A DNA stretch of 20,000 bases from an uncultured virus (IMG/VR IMGVR_UViG_3300009681_000519) (Duplodnaviria; Heunggongvirae; Uroviricota; Caudoviricetes), in IMG/VR virus record IMGVR_UViG_3300009681_000519; one strand, given 5' to 3'. The notes under the pieces are model-generated. The model saw only the letters and a program-made list of their open reading frames with translations. It had not been told where the DNA came from and did no database searches. This document shows positions 15,015 through 20,000 of this stretch, one piece after another. Position 1 is the first letter of the stretch. Each line of letters begins with the position of its first letter. The translations under genes and the position numbers were made by a program.

Positions 15015-17900
15015 TTACGCCGCCTGAGAGATGTTGACCGTTTCGCCGACCTGCGTGTCAAGCACGATGATGTCCATCGACGGCAACGTGCGAACCCGCA
15101 GGATGATGCGGAACAGCCCCGCGGCAAGCGTCTCGGGCGTGTTCCCGCTGATGGCGTCGATGAGGTAACCCTCGATGCGCTGGTTCGCGGGGTTCGCGTC
15201 GCCCCGCAACGTCGACATGAACGAATCGATCTCGCCGACGATGAGCGCCCGACGTACCCGCGTCGCAAGCTGCTTGCTGAAGGCATTGAGCCGCAGGCTG
15301 AGGGTGTCCGTGATGAAGTCGGCCATGCGTTGCCGGTTGATGTTCTTGAGGTTCGGATTGACCAGCGGGTCGACCGACGTGACACCGGACTGGATGATGG
15401 CGACCCCCTGCTCCATTCGGAGTGACGCGATACCGGCCGCCTTGAAGGCCCGGTAGTCGCCGATCGCGAGGTTCTGCACGTCGGCGTTGCCCGTTTCGAC
15501 CGACAGAATCTCACTCATGAAGTCGGTCGCCTGCCCCGGATTCTCCTCGGGCGGAAGCTGCGACAGCACCGACGCCACCCACAGGTCGAACCCGACATCG
15601 ATCTGCCCGTCGGCCGTGAACCCCGGCCCACCGGCCGTTCCGACCGCCGCGATCTGCGGTACGTAGATGTGAGCGCCGGGGTAGCAGTACACGACCCGAC
15701 TGTGCCGATATGCACCGACGCCGGGCTGCGCCGCAATCGACTTCGCCGCGGCACGGGTCGTCTTGAGCGGCGGCCGGATGACAGCCATGCGGCCGAAACA
15801 CCCCTCCGACGAGGCCTCGATGACGTTCGTGCGAAGCGCCGTTCGGATGGCGTTCGACTGCCGTGCCGATGCGATGATGTTCGTCTGCCGCACGATGCTC
15901 GATAGGTTCTTCGTCGTGTCGAGCGCCGCCATGTACTTCGCGTCGAGCTGCGATTCGGTGAGCGCGGCCGCGAGCGCGAACGGGTTGATGACCGCGAACG
16001 CCCCGACGGTCTGGATCGGAAACGGCAGCACCGTCACCGACCCCGCACCCGCACCCGCCGTCAACGTGTCGTCGGTCGCCGGCCTCACCTTGATGCTGTA
16101 TGGGCCGGGGTTGTCGGCCGTGACCGCGGTGGTCTGCGCCGTCACCCATTCGGTGCCGACGCCATCGCGCACTCGCGTGCCCGCGGGAATCACCCCGTCG
16201 ACACCGACCGCGGCATCGGCACTCTGCCCGGCCGTGAACCCGAGCGCAGTTGCCGTCGTCGCCGTCACGTCGAGCGTTCCGGTCAACGGGGTCGCCGTGT
16301 TCGCCATGAGCAGCTTGTTGGTCGCCGAGTCGCGCGTCACGTTGACCGCGGGGTTGGCCGCGTTGATGACCGCATCGACCTCGGCCGACGACACGGCGTC
16401 GATGTTGCCGACGTTGCCCGTGCCGTTGACGACCGTGGGTGCGCCCGTCGTGCCGTTGTGCACGAGCAGATCGAAGCCGGGAATCGCCGCGACACCCGTG
16501 CCGCCGGTGAACTGCACACCGTTCGGGGCCGGGCCGGGCGTGTTCGTCTCCCACCGCACCCGCGTGCCGCCGAGGTTGACACCCGTCGACCCCGCCGTGC
16601 CGTTGACGAACGTCGTCGTGAGCAGACCCGCGAACTCGGCCGCAGTCACGGCATACACGTCGGCGACATTGTTCGGGCCGGGGTTGACCAGTGCAGCGGG
16701 TGCGAGCCCGAGCGACACGAGCACCGCGGGCGTGCCCGCGACGATTGCGCCACCCGCGCTGCTGCCCTTGCGGTCGGTGCGAATCTCGACCTGACCACCG
16801 TTGTCGAGCGCCGCACCGCCCGTGAGCTGCCCGTTGATGGTGTTGAGGAACGCGGCCTGCGTCGCTTCGAGGCCGGTGAAGATGATGGTCTGGTTGCCGG
16901 GGATTCCGTTGATCTGCACCACGAGGATGTCGCCAGGCAGAACGGCCGCATAGGTCGCCGCGGCACCCGTGATGCTCGCCGGGGTCGCCTCGATCGTGAG
17001 CGTGTCGGCGATTGCTTGGTTGTCGACCTTGCCGATGAACGTATCACCTGGCACGAGCGCGACCGGGAACGATGCGGCGTTCGAGGTCTCCGATCCCTTC
17101 GTACCCGACAACGACAGCCCGAGTTTTGCGAGCACGCCCGCGGGTGCCTCGCTGACAATCCGCACCTCGCCGTCGGTGCCGCGCACACGACCGGTGAACT
17201 GGATCGCACCACCGAAGTTGCTCGCGAACGTGAACCCCGCCGTCTGGTTGATGCGGCTGATGGCATCGGTGATGGTCACGTCGGTCGCGAGGAACGTGAC
17301 CGTGAAGTCCGTTTCGGCATCGTAGCCGATCGTGATGGTGTCGCCGTCGGCAAGCGCCCCGACGAACGCACCGCCCGTGAGCACCGCGGCCGTCGCGTTG
17401 AACGTCGCGACGAGCGGGCCGCCACCAACGTCGGTCGTGATGAACTGCCCTGGTTCGAGGTCGAACGAGAAGTCGCTTGCACCGAGCAGCCACGCGAGCC
17501 GACGGAACTCGACGGCACCCACCGACGTGTCGACCCGCACGACGTTGAGCTGGCGGAACCGCTTTTTGGTCAGGCCGATGAACCCGTTGCCGTTCCAGTA
17601 CTCGGGCGTGATGGCACCGTCGGCCTTGCGCGTTCGGGCGCACGGATTGTTCGATGGCGTGCCGTCGTACACGAACCCGAACCCGCCGAACGCCGCGAGG
17701 AAGTCGGCCGACGATGCGACCTGATAGGGCGTCTCGAACGGCCCATCCTCGAACTCGGCGATGAGCGTCACCATGCCCGTGCCGACCCCGGTCAACTGCG
17801 CCGGTGGTTCGCGATCGATGATGACGACACCCTCGATCGCCAGCAGTTCTTCCATTCCGGGGTCGAACGTGAATCGTCGAATGAACCCTGCGCCTGCCAT
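15015..17900 (-). CDS. Contractile tail sheath protein with large inserted domains, 961 aa
   Basis: N-terminal GVVIIDREPP...GVGT...LIAEFEDGPFETPYQVASSADFLAAFGG and C-terminal NINRQRMADFI...IDAISGNTPETLAAGLFRIILRVRTLPSMDIIVL are sheath signatures; SD GGAGG before ATG 17900. Confidence 0.92.
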   Translation of the reverse strand: MAGAGFIRRFTFDPGMEELLAIEGVVIIDREPPAQLTGVGTGMVTLIAEFEDGPFETPYQVASSADFLAAFGGFGFVYDGTPSNNPCARTRKADGAITPEYWNGNGFIGLTKKRFRQLNVVRVDTSVGAVEFRRLAWLLGASDFSFDLEPGQFITTDVGGGPLVATFNATAAVLTGGAFVGALADGDTITIGYDAETDFTVTFLATDVTITDAISRINQTAGFTFASNFGGAIQFTGRVRGTDGEVRIVSEAPAGVLAKLGLSLSGTKGSETSNAASFPVALVPGDTFIGKVDNQAIADTLTIEATPASITGAAATYAAVLPGDILVVQINGIPGNQTIIFTGLEATQAAFLNTINGQLTGGAALDNGGQVEIRTDRKGSSAGGAIVAGTPAVLVSLGLAPAALVNPGPNNVADVYAVTAAEFAGLLTTTFVNGTAGSTGVNLGGTRVRWETNTPGPAPNGVQFTGGTGVAAIPGFDLLVHNGTTGAPTVVNGTGNVGNIDAVSSAEVDAVINAANPAVNVTRDSATNKLLMANTATPLTGTLDVTATTATALGFTAGQSADAAVGVDGVIPAGTRVRDGVGTEWVTAQTTAVTADNPGPYSIKVRPATDDTLTAGAGAGSVTVLPFPIQTVGAFAVINPFALAAALTESQLDAKYMAALDTTKNLSSIVRQTNIIASARQSNAIRTALRTNVIEASSEGCFGRMAVIRPPLKTTRAAAKSIAAQPGVGAYRHSRVVYCYPGAHIYVPQIAAVGTAGGPGFTADGQIDVGFDLWVASVLSQLPPEENPGQATDFMSEILSVETGNADVQNLAIGDYRAFKAAGIASLRMEQGVAIIQSGVTSVDPLVNPNLKNINRQRMADFITDTLSLRLNAFSKQLATRVRRALIVGEIDSFMSTLRGDANPANQRIEGYLIDAISGNTPETLAAGLFRIILRVRTLPSMDIIVLDTQVGETVNISQAA

Positions 17901-17930
17901 GGTGCCTCCAATGCGGTGCCGATGTTGGGG

Positions 17931-17959
17931 ATGCTGCCATGCCCCGTCCGGCACGTCTA
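17931..17959 (-). promoter_or_regulatory. Possible promoter for sheath/tube (TAGACG-17-CAGCAT with TGn)
   Basis: Located in the 66-bp gap upstream of the sheath; -10 box deviates from TANNNT at the first base. Confidence 0.3.
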
Positions 17960-17966
17960 GTGCCCG

Positions 17967-18716
17967 CTATGGGCCGTTCACTTCCACCTCCGCTACCTCG
18001 ACCGACACCGACACGTCCACGTCGACGTTGCACGCCTCGAGGTCGACACCGACCGACTTGAACCCGACCGCGTTGATGAGCTGCACTTCGGCAACCCGCA
18101 TCCCCACGAACAGGTGCCCGCGTCGACGCCCGCGCACCACGTCGGGGTCGTCAATGTGCTGCTGCCCGCTCAACCAGAACTCGCACACCCGGTCGTAGTA
18201 TTCGGGGAGCTTGATGCGGGTCGAGTACGAATCGTCAGCCGACCGGAGGGCCGCCGATATGCCCGCGATGAGCGCGCGACGTTCGGCCCGTTGCGATCCC
18301 CACACCTCGACCGTGAAGTCCTCCGTGTACTCGCCTTGCTGCACGAGCACCGTGTCGGCCCCGTATACGTTCCAGGTGTCCTCCAACACCTTCGGCGGGC
18401 CGAGCCCAATCGGTTCCGACGTGCCGCGACCGGGAAGGATGGCGATGCCGGGAAACTTCGACTCCTTCACGTTGTCGGGCTGCTCGATGTGGATGTTCTC
18501 GGCGGGAACGCGGAACTCGATCGTCTGCCCCGGTGCGTTGCCCGGCCGACGGAACCGCAGCAGCGACAAGAACTGCCGGAACCGCCGCAGCACGATCGTT
18601 CGGGTATCGGTCGCTGGAAGCGGCTTTTCGGCACGCACCGGCCACACCCGCCCATAGGGCGATGTCACGAGGTCGAACGCTTCGTGCGCGATGAGTCCTT
18701 CGTCGGCCATGCCCAT
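17967..18716 (-). CDS. Putative tail terminator / tail completion protein, ~249 aa
   Basis: Position between neck gene and sheath; KFPGIAIL and FTVEVWGSQRAERRALIAGISAAL patterns resemble tail terminator folds. Start could be 18710. Confidence 0.55.
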   Translation of the reverse strand: MGMADEGLIAHEAFDLVTSPYGRVWPVRAEKPLPATDTRTIVLRRFRQFLSLLRFRRPGNAPGQTIEFRVPAENIHIEQPDNVKESKFPGIAILPGRGTSEPIGLGPPKVLEDTWNVYGADTVLVQQGEYTEDFTVEVWGSQRAERRALIAGISAALRSADDSYSTRIKLPEYYDRVCEFWLSGQQHIDDPDVVRGRRRGHLFVGMRVAEVQLINAVGFKSVGVDLEACNVDVDVSVSVEVAEVEVNGP

Positions 18717-18719
18717 AGG

Positions 18720-19223
18720 CTACAGCCGTTGAAGCTCCCGCGCGACCTCCTCGCGAACGAACCGCGGAACGTGCTTTTCCGTCGCTTCCTTGAGGATGCC
18801 GAACCCCTGCCCGCCGTTGAAGATACCCCGGTTGCGCATCAACCGGGCGATGGCCCACGCATGCGCAACCGCATCCTCGGCCGTCGCGAGCCCCTTGCGC
18901 ACGGCCCACTCGCTGAGCATGCGGATCATGCGGGCACCAACTTTGACGTTCTTGACCCCGTACTCGATGAACGCCGCGTGAGTTTCGAGGTTCTCGATGA
19001 CCGCCCCGTCCTCGGTCGGTCGCGCACGCCACCCGCCGAGATACCCCGACGCCGCGCGGTCGACGGGCTTCGGGCTGCGCGTGGGGATGATGCGCAACAC
19101 GATCTCCTGTTGCGTCCGCTGGGCCGCCGACAGCAACCCGCGCATCGCCGCCTTCCGCATGTCGCCCTGCACCTTCTCGAAGTGCCCGGCAACTTGGTCG
19201 AGGCGTAGCGTGTAGGTCGTCAT
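18720..19223 (-). CDS. HK97 gp10-like neck / tail-completion protein, 167 aa
   Basis: PVDRAASGYLGGW...VIENLETHAAFIEYG matches the PVD.G.L..S/W...N...YA..VEYG motif; ATGA overlap with the upstream gene. Confidence 0.75.
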   Translation of the reverse strand: MTTYTLRLDQVAGHFEKVQGDMRKAAMRGLLSAAQRTQQEIVLRIIPTRSPKPVDRAASGYLGGWRARPTEDGAVIENLETHAAFIEYGVKNVKVGARMIRMLSEWAVRKGLATAEDAVAHAWAIARLMRNRGIFNGGQGFGILKEATEKHVPRFVREEVARELQRL

Positions 19224-19786
19224 CGGTCGTCGGGGTCGATGCCGTATTGGCTGCGGCCTTGCCGATCCATGTCCTCGCTCATGCGTTCGAGCAACACCGA
19301 CCAGCACACGTCGCCCTCGCGCCGGTCGGGTTGCGCCATGAGCCGATACCGCCCGCGCATCGGCGGATTGTCGCCGCGGCCGTCCTCAACAACCTCCCAG
19401 AAGAAGTCGGTCGGTTCCTCGATCTTGGCTCCGCGCGGTTGACCGGGAACGGCCTTTCCCATGAGCTGGTCCGCGGTGTAGGTCACGGCAATCTTATCGA
19501 CTCGCAATGTGCCGACGGGGAGCGTGCCCGCCGAGTACGGGTTGAACACAACCGTGCTCATGTCGATGACCCGCGGCGTTGGCAGCAATTCGAGCCGCGC
19601 GAGGAGGCGTTCATCGCCGTCGCCCCGTTCGGGACCTGCGAACCGGGTCCACACGAGGAACACGCGCTTGGACCGGAGGCCAAATTTGGTTGCGAGCTGC
19701 CGGATGCGCGGCGCAAGCCGCACACCGAGCCGGTTCGCGAGCGTGCGCGACGCTTCGTTCGGCGTGAGCGGTCGCGGCCGCGGCAT
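19220..19786 (-). CDS. Putative head-closure / head-tail joining protein, 188 aa
   Basis: Start re-called at ATG 19786, just after the upstream stop at 19788; beta-rich; lies upstream of the gp10-like gene. Function from synteny only. Confidence 0.5.
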   Translation of the reverse strand: MPRPRPLTPNEASRTLANRLGVRLAPRIRQLATKFGLRSKRVFLVWTRFAGPERGDGDERLLARLELLPTPRVIDMSTVVFNPYSAGTLPVGTLRVDKIAVTYTADQLMGKAVPGQPRGAKIEEPTDFFWEVVEDGRGDNPPMRGRYRLMAQPDRREGDVCWSVLLERMSEDMDRQGRSQYGIDPDDR

Positions 19787-19787
19787 G

Positions 19788-20000
19788 TCACGGGCTCCCG
19801 GCGGGTGCAGGCGGTCGAACCGGTGTCGTTGGCACCGCGCTCGCCGATGATGATGCCGATGGGAATGGGTCGACGATGCCGCCCGCGTCGGGCGTGTCGA
19901 ACCCCGGCTGCGCGGACATCGCCAAATGCGTGCGTGCGAGGCAATCGCGCGGGGTCGGGCTGTCGAGGCACACGGCCTCAACCACGTCGATGACCGTGCG
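19788..20000 (-). CDS. Partial hypothetical protein (C-terminus), Pro/Ser-rich tail
   Basis: Frame is open to the right edge: RTVIDVVEAVCLDSPTPRDCLAR...DAGG...SASSSASAVPTTPVRPPAPAGSP*; its stop abuts the next start. Confidence 0.55.
   Translation of the reverse strand, partial: RTVIDVVEAVCLDSPTPRDCLARTHLAMSAQPGFDTPDAGGIVDPFPSASSSASAVPTTPVRPPAPAGSP

Noticed and set aside
6314..19981. ORF-track starts at 7525, 9225, 11475, 13514, 14790, 17954, 19307 and 19981
   Set aside because: These extensions overlap upstream genes or promoter motifs; downstream starts (7375, 9114, 11439, 13478, 14433, 17900, 19223, 19786) have SD motifs, stop-start coupling or leaderless promoter geometry.
53..19993. Many long plus-strand ORFs (e.g. 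732-2570, 7408-9141, 11817-13088, 16458-17960)
   Set aside because: They lie antisense to well-supported phage genes, are Arg/His/Val-rich without recognisable motifs, and are expected stop-poor shadows of GC-rich coding sequence.
19788..20000. Edge ORF as a spanin or lipoprotein
   Set aside because: The N-terminus is outside the window so no signal peptide or lipobox can be assessed.

Overview
GC-rich window (roughly 68-70% GC by eye, not computed) filled by one minus-strand, tightly packed virion morphogenesis module of a contractile-tailed (myovirus-like) phage or prophage. Gene order right to left: partial unknown ORF, putative head-closure protein, HK97 gp10-like neck protein, putative tail terminator, enlarged tail sheath (961 aa), tail tube, tail assembly chaperone with a -1 programmed frameshift (T TTT TTC), tape measure protein, an unexpected Cys-rich acidic protein, LysM-like tube initiator, baseplate hub, OB-fold spike, two unknown proteins, Ig/PKD-containing short fibre, Ig-gp25 fusion, baseplate J (broken by a 1-nt deletion), J-barrel/wedge fusion, and a partial distal baseplate/fibre gene missed by the ORF track. 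Main non-coding signals: (1) a perfect 20-bp palindrome ACGGATGATCGATCATCCGT present three times, each centred about -50 to -54 from an apparently leaderless ATG that has a TANNCT -10 box exactly 6 nt upstream, suggesting a regulon of internal promoters; (2) a near-consensus chromosomal-type parS site (800-815) next to one palindrome. All product calls come from motif recognition and synteny; no database searches were run. Long plus-strand ORFs are treated as antisense shadows.
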